Positions 22,176 to 34,273 of a stretch of 41,871 nucleotides of DNA are shown here, piece after piece. The number at the start of each line of letters is the position of its first letter. Position 1 is the first letter of the stretch. The translations under genes were made by a program, and so were the position numbers. Source of the stretch: Macrostomum lignano (lineage: Eukaryota); NCBI GenBank assembly GCA_002269645.1, contig NIVC01000156.1, positions 1 through 41,871 on the forward strand, written 5' to 3'. Below the pieces are notes generated by a model. It saw only the letters and a program-made list of their open reading frames with translations. It searched no databases and was not told where the DNA came from.

Positions 22176-24609
22176 TTAACGCTTTTTCTTTGATGATGCA
22201 GAAGCCGCGGTCTGAAAAGACAGCCAGTTTACAAATACATTTTGGAATAAAATAAAATTATTTCACTAACGCTCTACTGCCAGTAGCAAAATGAGAATCT
22301 CACCGTCTGTTGAGTCGGTTTAGTAGGCTCGGCTTCTGCTTTTCGCTTTAATTTCTTCTTTTTTGATGGAGGCGGTGAAGGTTGACGTTGCTGCAACTCT
22401 TCCAGCATCTCTTCGTCCGCTTGATCGCTGTCGTCATCTGGTTCATTTTCCTCAGCCTCTTCTTCATCAACGGAAGCTGATTCGGAATCGCCTTCTGAGT
22501 CTGAGTCTCGGACAGGCTTGACAGCTGGGCGCAGCTTCTCGCCCGGCCTCTTCAAGCCTTGAAGCGTCATTCTGGCGCTGTACTTTCTATACAGCGACGT
22601 GTTCGGCTCGAACGGCTGACCCGATGATCTGGCAGATTTATAAGCCAGCAGAGCGGCGAGGAACCGCCTGCCGCTCGTGTGCCTGGCCACATCCACCGGC
22701 GTGTCCGACACAAACCGGCAGGTCAGCTGGCAGAACAGCCGCTGTGAGGCCGCCGGGGCGTCGCCGTCATCACCAGCAGCCCCATTGGACCTGGACGGTT
22801 CAACCAGGCTGGCATCGATAAGGTAGCGGCGGAACTCCTGGGGCACGGAGCAGCTGGCGGTCCATCTGGACAGAGCTTTGTCGAACTTCTTACCGCCGGC
22901 ATAGGCCAGTAGGGCATCGGATGAGCGCGGCAGCTCGTGGCCAGTCAGGGTGCAGTGGATCTGGCAGTTTTAATTAAAGTTTTGTATAAACTTTTTTATG
23001 AGAAAGTTGTTGTAGTTGATCAATAGATAGATAGTATTATGCAAACAAAGATTCAAGGATCAGAATCAAAACATGAATGCTAGTTAATCTAACTCACTAT
23101 CATATTATTGCAAACATCTATGTTGCAGTCTTAGGCCTCACTCTAATGCTTGGAATCAGATAGGAAAAAATATTATGAACAACCCAAAATTCAACTTGCA
23201 AAATTATTTATATTGTAGTATAACAAAAATTAATACATCTAAATTTGCCATCTAATAAAAACAACAGCTATGGCTGCAGGAAGATACAGAACCAATGGAA
23301 TAGATGCAATAGAAATGGACAAATATATTGCCAGTTTCAAAGCTTTAGAGTCAGGGACTCAGCAATAGAGATTTTTAAGCCATATGCATATTGTGTAGTT
23401 GGAGTGATGGGGGCAAAGTTTAGATATATGCTTGTTAATGAGTGGCCATTGAATAAAATATCAATAAAAATTAAATAGGAAGTTATAGGAGATAAATTAA
23501 CTACAAATATGGATATATTTTGATAATTTGGAAAGTTTTGATTACAATGGAAATTTAAACTGAATTTTGCATTGCATAATGTTGTTAATATGCAGATTAG
23601 CTTCTTTAATCTTTTTAAAAATGTTGCCCAGTTTAATAAATCTTTTTTATTTCATAATTGACTGAATGTTAGTATTTATAGATTAGCTAGGGCCTGTTAT
23701 TAAAAAAACTTGATTATAGTAATTTTACGAAATATGTCTCTTTAGCAGTGGGTCAATCAAAATTTAATATCAATGGGTTACAAAAATTATAAGCCTATCT
23801 ATTTTAATTTCTCATGTTTTACCTTTTGATCTTAATGTTGTTTATTTAACTTTGTCCAACTCTATATGGACCTACAAATTATAGTATTCTAAAAGACCTG
23901 ATCCCAATTCCAATTCCTAAATCCTGATCCCAAAACCAAGAAAAAATATTCTAAATCTAAATTTCCAATTCCATGCAATGATTTCAATCTAATCTAACTT
24001 TAATAGGCCCATAAATAAAAATAAAATGAGATCATATATATTATAGCAAAATTAATATTTTAATTTAATTAGGTGCTATCTATGTACCATCTATGTGTAT
24101 GAATACTAGCCAGGTGGTATGGAGTCTATCTATACGAGAATACTTGCATAGGTGTCAGGCCTAGCTGCCTAGTGTGATAACCAACTATGATCTTTAGGCC
24201 CAAGACCTAATATTTAATGTTTTCTTTAGATTTATAATGGGTCTAGTTCTAGCTGAATTGGCTGAAATTTGGCCTTGGATTTTTTACATATCGAAATAAG
24301 TAGGTTTAATATATTTTGTAAGTTATATGGATCTGATTCTGGATGATATCATGCTTTCTTATTGAATTGACTAGGCCTAGGCCTAAACAAAAGCAAAATT
24401 AAGCCTAGTTGATATCTAAAAGACTATATTTAACAAATCAACCTTAGAAAATGATAATGAGACGTATTGATATATTCTTGGCAGTTTTCAGTTCTACCAT
24501 TTGAAAAGATAATCTAACTTCAAAACAGAAAGAAGTGCAAACGTACCCTATTATTCTTGAAAACAAAGTGCTTTCGCTTAGGCTTCTCGAGTAGTTTTAT
24601 GATGTCCAT
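22176..24609 (-). CDS. SURF2: Surfeit locus protein 2, about 251 aa
   Basis: Exons 24609-24547 (MDIIKLLEKPKRKHFVFKNNR, donor GTACGT; less certain), 22960-22304 and 22211-22176. IHCTLTGHELP...YAGGKKF and LFCQLTCRFVSDTPVDVARHTSGRRFLAAL match the SURF2 motifs RCILTGHELP...YTRGKKY and LFCKLTLRHINK.PEHVLRHTQGRRY. Acidic then basic NLS-like tail. Confidence 0.88.
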
Positions 24610-26344
24610 GATAACGCTAGATCTGATCAAATAAAAGTTAAATATCAATTTAGCTACGGCTTAGTTTTTAATCGGAAATATTGACGTATCAAGACCAAAA
24701 GGTTTTAAATAGAAAAATAGTTCACCAGTGTCCATGAGATGAGATTAAATCACACATGATGCGATTTTAAAATAGATTACTTCTCCCTTTACTCTGTGTT
24801 ATATCTTTTAGAATAAAAATATTTATGCACACTCTCGAACTTTAAAATTTTATAATAAAAAGCATCGCTGGCAAACATTAAGCGGGATGAAAGGTAGTTA
24901 TTTTTGTTATTATGACTCAAGAGTCAACGCGTGTTTCAACTTTTTTGCTTTCTAGGACAAGCTCATGTATGTCACATGTATGCAAGTCCATGTCACATGT
25001 ATGCAAGTCCATGTCACATGTATGCAAATTTTACTGTATGAGGACCACATCACAAATGTTAAACAGAACTTGATCAAGGGTAAGTAAGCTGCAGATTTAT
25101 TTTTTTAAAGATAAGGAAGTCTACAATGGTAACTAAGTCGCATTGCTACATATGCTTTTAGTCAAGGACCGCAGTAGTAGCGAGTGGTCCTGCTTTTAGT
25201 CTGTATAAATATTTACACACAAAAGCAACAACGAAACATTTGATAAATATTTTATTGAATTTACTTATTACTGACATTATTAAATCATTATTAATGATTT
25301 ACTTATTACATTTAGATGAAAAAAAACAATTTTTAAAATTAATTTGAAAACGTTGGCATACAGTTGCATACAATAACTGCTTTTACATGTTTTTCGTATG
25401 CAACATGAACATGCTAAAAGTGAATCTCATCAAAATTTTTGGCAATATATTTCCGCAGTTGTAACCATTTTTTTTTTAAATATCGTAGGCCCAAAAGCAT
25501 TCAGAGTTTAACTGCTTGCTCCATGGTCAAAAGCTAAAGTACGACGTAGATATGTATTAGCTAAGTGCAGAATTTTTCAAGAACAAGAGTAATGTTGGCC
25601 GTTGGGAGAAGAGAAAGCTACATTTTATTAACATCTATCATCAAATTCACATTTAAAGTAAAATTTGCAGTAGGGAATGCGCCAAATCTCAATTGTTAAA
25701 GTGAATTGCTCAATAATTCAGCTACTGTATTGTTAATTGATTTCACTTTAGCAACTGCTATAGCCCTCCGGGTAGCCGAAAAAGTAATTAATTCTTCTTC
25801 TTTTGAGCTAGCAGACGCCCAGGATATTGCTAGTAGAGTTTACAATATTTGAATGCTTGCTCAGCCTTCTTTATAGACATAAATATGGACGATTTTGTCC
25901 GTGACAGTCAATGCGAGCTGGTCGATTAAATCCACCAGGACCTCGATTGTAGCCGACAGTCAAAAAGGCTAATAGATCCGTCTCTCTCTACCGAGGGCAG
26001 GGATCAGTGCTGCGATCCTGTCGGCGCAGGCTATGCGAGTGAAGTGAGGCGGGGGAATCAGCGGGGATTTCTGCTTCGCTTTGTTGTCCAAAGCTAGTCT
26101 GAATAATCTGCGTAGTGGGGAGGGGTGGCAGCTACAAAGTCCATTTTTATGGCGTATTCAGCCCCCCGACAGGGACGGAATCGCATTGGGGAGGGGTTGG
26201 AAGCCAGTCCGCGGTATTATTTAGCTTGCACCTCCCTGCTCAACTCTCGACTCCCGTACACTCGTCGTTACAATGTCTGCTTGTACTCTGAATTCCCACC
26301 AGGGAGAGGGAGAGAACTGGCCTAGGAGGGCTTCTATTGTTGCA

Positions 26345-26352
26345 TATAAAAG
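26345..26352 (+). promoter_or_regulatory. Candidate TATA box upstream of the plakin first exon
   Basis: TATAAAAG, about 610 bp upstream of ATG 26961; motif match only. Confidence 0.25.
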
Positions 26353-26960
26353 TTGGCCCCCAAATCTGTCCACTCCCCAAAGCTGCTCACAGCTTTAGCT
26401 TTCTGAGAACTGCTATAAATACATTTTACAGTAGATCTTAACTAAGTCTTTCTTAAATCCCTGATCTTCCACTTAAACTTGTCTACAAGACCATTATTGT
26501 TGGGTGAGAAATTAAATTTACTAATTTTTGTTTTCAACATTATCAAAACTTGTCAGAGCAAAGTTGTCGGTTTTATATCGGAACACGCGCACGAGAATTA
26601 CTCATTTACATTTTCTACACTCGGTGCAGATCTTAAGATCTTAAACCCTGCCCTCTCCCTTAACTAAACAGCGAGCATTGACCACTCAATCTGTTGCGGA
26701 AACTCACACCTCTATTAGCCAGTGATAAGGCACAGAGAGAGCTGGTTGTTTAGTTTGACCGGAACTAAGTCATTGAGAGTCTCATTAGATACTGATCTGA
26801 GGCAGTCCGAGAGACGCGGACTATAGGCGTTGGTCAGCCAGCTCTGGGAGTTTCCAATCTAATTAGCATAATTAGCAGGGTTTTAACCTCTCAGCCAACC
26901 CTCTGACTCTGGCAACCTCTGAATTGGAGCAGTGAACGGTGACAAAAGCGGAGGACCCAC

Positions 26961-29900
26961 ATGGATTCGCACCTCTACGGGCGGGTGGCGCATCCGGACC
27001 TCGCTCAGACCTATCTGCCAGTCAGCATCCTGCAGCTGGATGAAGCTGACCGAGCAGTTCTCAGAGTGGCCGGTGAGTTTCATTGATTTTTTGCTATTCT
27101 CTTTTGGCATTTTCGATCCAAGGACCACCAATGGTAGCGCTTCAAACAATTAAACAAACTCTAGGACCCCAATTTTGAGCAATGAACTCGACAAATGGAT
27201 CAAATATTAAACAACTCATTGATCATCTCTAGTTGGTATAATTCCACAGGTAAACTATCAGGAAATTGTGCTAAATTTGTCCTTAAAAATGTAGTCCTTG
27301 GTTCGATCGCCTTCACGCGAAATTAATGGTTTAATGTTGTCCAAATTGCATGGAAAATAATACGTTTTGCAATGCACCCGAAAGTCTTCCCTGTGTAGTT
27401 GCCCCAGGGGGTTTTCAAAGATACAATTGGCATGCAAAACCTGTGCAGTGTGCAGCTTCATCTGTCCACAATTTTTAGCAGGCAATGCTGAGCATAGTGG
27501 CACAACAAACAACTCTCTGGCTCTGCAAAAGCCAGAGGGTAGTTTAACAATGGAGTCTCAATGCCAGTGTCTGTGAGGCAATCTGATGCGGCAAATTTAG
27601 GTGTACATTTGCAGTTTAATGACACACAACGTAACAGTCTGGAAATTTGAATCCTGTAAAACAAAAATAAGAGAGAAAATGTTGAAGTCTCGTCGGCATG
27701 CTCAAAGCTGCTGAGATAAAACTTACAAAATATTATAACAAAGTTTATGATAGCAACAAAAATCCACTATTAGCTAATGCCAAAAGCAGCAATAGCCGTG
27801 TGAGCTCATGTGTTGCTAAAAATAGCAAGAAGCGCCCAACTACAATTCTCTTGCCTGCTTTTGGAAAGCAGAATTGTGAGAGCTCAAACCTCCCCCGGCC
27901 CTCCCCGGCATGGGCGATTTCCCTTGGTCTCGACCTCTCTCCCCCAGAGTGCGCATGATTCATGCTGAGGTGAGCTGACTCAGTATCTCGGGACTGTACA
28001 TTTTTAACATTTTCTGCTCTGCTTTTTGGCGATGCAGTGAGTACAGTGGGACAGCACGAGCATTAGAGTAAATTTTAATTAGTTTTTTTGGTCTGCGTCT
28101 TAATAACCCGGCCTTGCGATTAATGTCGCAAATTTATGCTTGGAACACATTGGCTTTTTTTGGAGCAGGTTTGCGCGTTTTGATTGGATCAATTAAAAAC
28201 CATGCAAGAGGGAAACACTGCCTCGGAATTCTTAATCGTTAGTAAATTTCGCAGTTCATTTTATCGCCCACCAGTTTAAACAAAATATTGTTGAAGGCTA
28301 AATACATTTTCTATAAACTCGGTCTGAAATTTAGAAAACATATATTTTGTTATTACCAAACTTTCTTTTAGTACCTTCGGCCGCATCTAGTCACTTCAGG
28401 TCCTTCAGTACAGCATCTTAGTCACTTCAGGTCCTTCAGTACCGCATCTTAGTCCCTTCAGGTCCTTCAGTACCACATCTTTGTCGCTTCAGATCCTTCA
28501 TTACCGCATCTTAGTCACTTCAGATCCTTCAGTACCACATCTTAGTCCCTTCAGGTCCTTCAGTACCGCATCTTAGTCACTTCAGGTCCTTCAGTACCGC
28601 ATCTTTATCGCTTCAGGTCCTTCAGTACCGCATCTTAGTCACTTCAGTTCCTTCAGTACCGCATCTTAGTCACTTCAGGTCCTTCAGTACAGCATCTTAG
28701 TCACTTCAGGTCCTTCAGTACCCAAAAAACCTAGAAAGCTCTACTAAAATTTTTGATAAATTGATCGAATATATTCAACAAGTCATAGTTCATCTGTATG
28801 AAATCACAAAAGTACAAACAGTACCTAGCATTTATAGAATAGCCGCTCATATTGATTTATGTTAAGTACTGCACCTGAAGTTTCTTCTATTTTCTCCACA
28901 GCTCCTACCTGACTTCCTTACCCTTCCCACCGGCCTAATTCTCTCTCGCCTCGTCTCCAGACTGAGCATGAGATTGCATCGATTTTTAGTCTCCACAGTG
29001 CACCTGCAAAGGTGTACACATTCTGTTTTCCATGCAGTCTGCTGCTGCCCCAGAGGTAGAGGAGAGCGTTGGGGAAGAAGGCAAAAAACACGGAGAGAAA
29101 AGTTGAGAGGTGGGACTGGGAGAATGAAAATGTACAGCCAGTCTCTCATTCTCGCCCTAATCTTGAGTCCATGGTTTTCCATTAGCGCTTTGGGCAGCTG
29201 GCATGTTATAACTATGGGAGCATGAGCTTATCTTCATAAGGGGGTTTTTAAACTCATTTCACTAATTTGACAAAACAACTTAGGAAATTAATTTTACCTT
29301 TACAGTCAGAAATATGCTCTAACGTACGAAGTTCTGCAATGCAGTGATGCTAGTTTGCTTGTTTGCCAGGGTAGTTTTTACCTGTTAGACAGGGTAGTTT
29401 TCACCTGTTAGACAGGGTAGTTTTCACCTGTTAGACAGAGTAGTTTTCACCTGTTAGACAGGGTAGTTTTCACCTGTTAGACAGGGTAGTTTTCACCTGT
29501 TAGACAGGGTAGTTTTCACCTGTTAGACAGGGTAGTTTTCACCTGTTAGACAGGGTAGTTTTCACCTGTTTGATTGGTGAAATTGCGACCATCGCTTGAG
29601 AGGCGGCCGCAATCTGGCTTCACAATGTCTAACAGATAATAATTATGCGCATTTAGAAACGGAAGAGCATGTTGGTAAGACTTCCTTGTGTCCCCGAAAT
29701 AACAACGAACTATTCAACTCGATAAACACAGACTCTGTGGTGATTGGTTCTTAATAAAACTTCCTCTACTTTTTGACAAGAGGCAAACCCTGCAATGTCA
29801 CGGTGTGGTTCATAAAGATTAGTTTGCACAATTGTTAAGACCATTCGCACCAGGTCAATCTATTCTATCATCAGCCATTCGCAATGGATATTCTTGGATT

Positions 29901-32900
29901 TGTTACTAACATTATTTTACCATTCAGATGTCCGAGATGGCACACAGAAGAAGACATTTACTAAATGGGTCAACAATCAGCTTATTAAGGTGCGTCAGTT
30001 GAAACATTGTGATTGCCTTTGTGAAATTTTAACAAAACAGTTTTGCTAATAAATTTCAACAATTATTGCAGAAAGCCTGCAAAATTCGCGACCTGTTCAA
30101 CGACCTGCGTAGCGGCACAGCGCTCATAACTTTGCTAGAGATTTTGTCGAAACAGTCACTGGTAAGAATTTGCAACTTTTGCGATTCTAGTTAAAGTGCA
30201 GCTTGTACTTCATAAACAAATAATGGCCGATCATTGTCTACGCCCGCAGCCGCGCGAACGAGGCTGCATGCGATTTCATTATTTGCAAAATGTGGAAACT
30301 GCATTGAATTTTCTCACCTCACGCCGTGGTGTAAGTGACTACCGCGACCGAGTTTTTATAAATAGTCTCTACTTGCTACTTAGTTCCTAAGTAGAAGTAG
30401 TATAAGCACTTCTAGACAAAATTATTCTAAAAAATTCCAGATTCGCTTAGTAAACATTCGCCCAGAAGATATAGTGGACGGAAATCCTAAACTGACGCTG
30501 GGTCTGCTCTGGGTTATTATTCTGCACTATCAGGTGAGAGAAGTGTGTTTTGTGAAATGCATGCGCCACGTTAATTCATCGGCCGGTTGGTGATGGCATG
30601 ACACAGTGGCGTAGCTAGGGGGTCAAGGACTGCTGCGGTGTTGCCCTTTAATCAGCTGGTATAGTAATAGCCTTCCAGTTAGTGGCTGGTGCTGGCGCCC
30701 CTGGTGCTGGCGCCCCTGGTGCTGGCGCCCCTGGTGCTGGCGCCCCTGGTGCCAGCAAACGAATTTAAAAAATGAGCCATTGTAGTCTGGAACTCAAAAT
30801 TTAGAGGGGTTTAAATTAAAGGTATAAAAGTACTTTTTTAATTGCAGACAAATATTTTATTGCTCACGCCCTGATAAGCCAGGCGCCTAAAATTAAACTT
30901 TAAATAATTTATGATCGCAGCATGCGACAGAGGGACATGTACATTCATTATTAAACTTCAGACTGACCACAATAAATAGATAACACTCTGTACTTGATGC
31001 AACTAATAAAAATAAAAATAGAAGGAATATTGAAAGCCAGTCAGCTTAAAATCAGTAACCATTGTCCAACCCTTGTAATGTACATTACTGCGGTACATCA
31101 GTCTGTCTGTATTTGATCTGCGCATGATCTGCACACGCTATTCTTAGATAGGGCTGCTAATTGGGCCTGTTTGTGGGGGGTGGCGTCAACAAGTCAGTTC
31201 GCCTAAATGAGTCAATTTGACTTATTTGGCGGTCAGTGCGGTGGGTGGAAATGCAGTTATTATCAATCTCTCACTTATCTTAGCTCAGCTGGATCTTCTC
31301 TATTCAATATTTTTGCCCGCATCGAGCAGAGGACACGGCAAGGCCTTGCGCACTTCAGGACCCCCCTTAAGCCAGTAAGAATCCAACTGCTCTATCTCTG
31401 TTTCTCTTTAGTCCGAGATAGCTGCAGTGCAACGAGTCAGAAGGCAAAAAACACATTCTGACGCCCAGTTTAAGAAACTTTTTTTCACTCGTTGAATTTA
31501 AATGCGAAAGAGCAGCCTGTGGCTTGGCAGCACAGGCGATTTAGTATGGGCGCTAACGGCTGCAGGGCTTGCTGTAGCTTTTTTCACCTTCGCTATGAAG
31601 CGCTTTGAGAAATTGTTTTCTAGCAATAAGAAGCAGAAACAGCAGAAAACTCAAAAGCAGAAAAAGGATAACGGAGAGGCAAAGCCTCATCACCAGCATC
31701 ACGGCTGGCGGCCGTTTAATTGTTTCTCGCATAACCGACCTGTAAGTGCTTGCTCGTTTCATTCACCCAATACGTAAGACTTTACCCGAATTTTCGTTCA
31801 ATTTGATAGAATACGTTATAAAGACACCTAGAAAAAAATGATTTTTTGAGCTAAATTGTGCTTGGTCTTGGCTATGACAAAACTAGATTCTTGTCTATGA
31901 CTAATCTAGATTCTTGTCTATGACCAATCTTGATTCTTGCCTATGACCAATCTAGATTCTTGTCTATGACCTATCTAAATTCTTGTCTATGACCAATCTT
32001 GATTCTTGCCTATGACCAATCTAAATTCTTGTCTATGACCAATTTAGATTATTGTCTATGACCAATTTAGATCCTTGTCTATGACCAATCTAGATTCTTG
32101 TCTATGACCAATCTTGATTCTTGTCTATGACCAATCTAGATTCTTGTCTATGACCAATCTCGATTCTCGTCTATGACTAATCTCGATTCTTGACTGTGAC
32201 CAATCTCGATTCTTGTCTATGACCTATCTCAATTCTTGTTTATGACTGATCTCGATTCTTGGTTTTGTGACCATTTTATATTCTTGCCTATGACCAATCT
32301 AGATTATTGTATATTACAAATCTCGATTCTTGTCCATGACCAATCTAGATCCTTCCTTATGACCTATCTAGATTTTTTTCCATGACCAATCTAGATTCTT
32401 CCTTATGACCAATCTTAATTCTTGTCTATGACCAATCTAAATCCTTGTCTATGACCAATCTAAATTCTTGTCTATGACCAATTTCGATTCTTGTCTATGA
32501 CCAATTTAGATCCTTGTCTATGACCAATTTCGATTCTTGTCTATGACCAATCTAGATTCTTGTCTATGACCAATCTAGATTCTTCCTTATGACCTATCTA
32601 GATTCTTGTCTATGACCTATCTAGATTCTTGTCTATGACCAATCTAGATTCTTCCTTATGACCAATCTAGATTCTTGTCTATGACCAATCTAGATTCTTG
32701 TTTATGACCAATCTAGATTCTTTTCTATGACCAATCTAGATTCTTGTCTATGAACAATCTAAATTCTTGTCTATGACCAATCTAGATTCTTATCTATGAC
32801 CAATCTAGATTCTTGTCTATGAACAATCTAAATTCTTGTCTATGACCAATTTAGATTCTTGTCTATGACCAATTTAGATTCTTGTCTATAAACAATCTAG

Positions 32901-34170
32901 ATTCTTGTCTATGACCAATCTCGATTCATATCTGTGACTAATATCGATTCTTGCCTATGACCAATCTAGATTCTTGTCTATGACCAATCTAGATTCTTGT
33001 ATATTACAAATTTCGATTCTTGTTCATGACCAATCTAGATTCTTCCTTATGACCTATCTAGATTCTTGTCTATGAACAATCTAAATTCTTGTCTATGACC
33101 AATTTAGATTCTTGTCTTTGAACAATCTAAATTCTTGTCTATGACCAATTTTGATTCTTGTCTATGACCAATTTAGATTCTTGTTTATAAACAATCTAGA
33201 TTCTTGTCTATGACCAATCTCGATTCTTATCTGTGACTAATATCGATTCTTGCCTATGACCAATCTAGATTCTTGTCTATGACCAATCTAGATTCTTGTC
33301 TATGACCAACCTAGATTCTTGTCTATATCCACGTTGATTCTAGTATATGACCATAATGATGGTCAGTGTGATAGTTCTCATGCAAGAAAGTATTTTAAGG
33401 TACACTCCATCATTTTAGCGCAAATTTATTAACTCCGTTACTCGACCAAATAAATTGTGCATACAGCTTCTTAATTAATACAAATAGAAGAGCCTTTTAA
33501 AATATTAGGGTTTGTGTCCCTTTGTTTGGCAGAGAGCTGGATTATATTAAAAAAAAACAAAAAATATGCTTCGGCCTCCAGTCTCTGGTCGCTTTTCTGT
33601 CTTTCCGCTTGCCTTAGTGCTGTTTTACACAAGACAATGCTTTACTAAGGTGCACCTGCTTCCCACTCAGGCTGAAAATGCCTCTGGGCCTTTCTCAGCT
33701 TTGCCAGGTATGAGAAACGCTTTTCTTCAAAGTCACGCTCAAATGGTCCATGCAAAATCCAACTAGCCGTATTATTTGTCTATGCAGTGCCTGCAAGCAC
33801 TTCTACAGCTTGCTCATTTTTCAAACCCTCCGTCTACCCTCTCTGACAGTGCGACGACTAAGTTAAAACGCTTTTCTTCCTTTACTCAGACAGTGAAATA
33901 TGGAAATTGCTTTATTAGATCGGGTTGAAGAGAATTGGCTTTTCCCCCAGGGCAAGTTACAGTGTTGGTTGGCTCTGTATCACCCAGTTCTAACATTCTC
34001 TGGATTGTCTCCATATGCTTTTATTAGTCGCCGAGCAGAACAGTTTTAGGAAGAGAAAATATTTTTATCGATTTTCCCCCTGTGCGCTTCGACATTGAAG
34101 CTGTCAATAAGAATTAGAAATGTAATTTCCTCTGCAATGCAAAGCTTTTCCCTGCACAGCGGGGAAATCC

Positions 34171-34237
<67 letters not shown>

Positions 34238-34238
34238 C

Positions 34239-34273
<35 letters not shown>

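Noticed and set aside
27258-27963. ORFs of 68-86 aa in plakin intron 1
   Set aside because: No recognisable domain or coherent splice structure; lengths are within chance expectation.
2801-33335. CRISPR-like appearance of the 21-33-bp repeats
   Set aside because: The repeats are contiguous with no unique spacers, there are no cas genes, and the context is eukaryotic.
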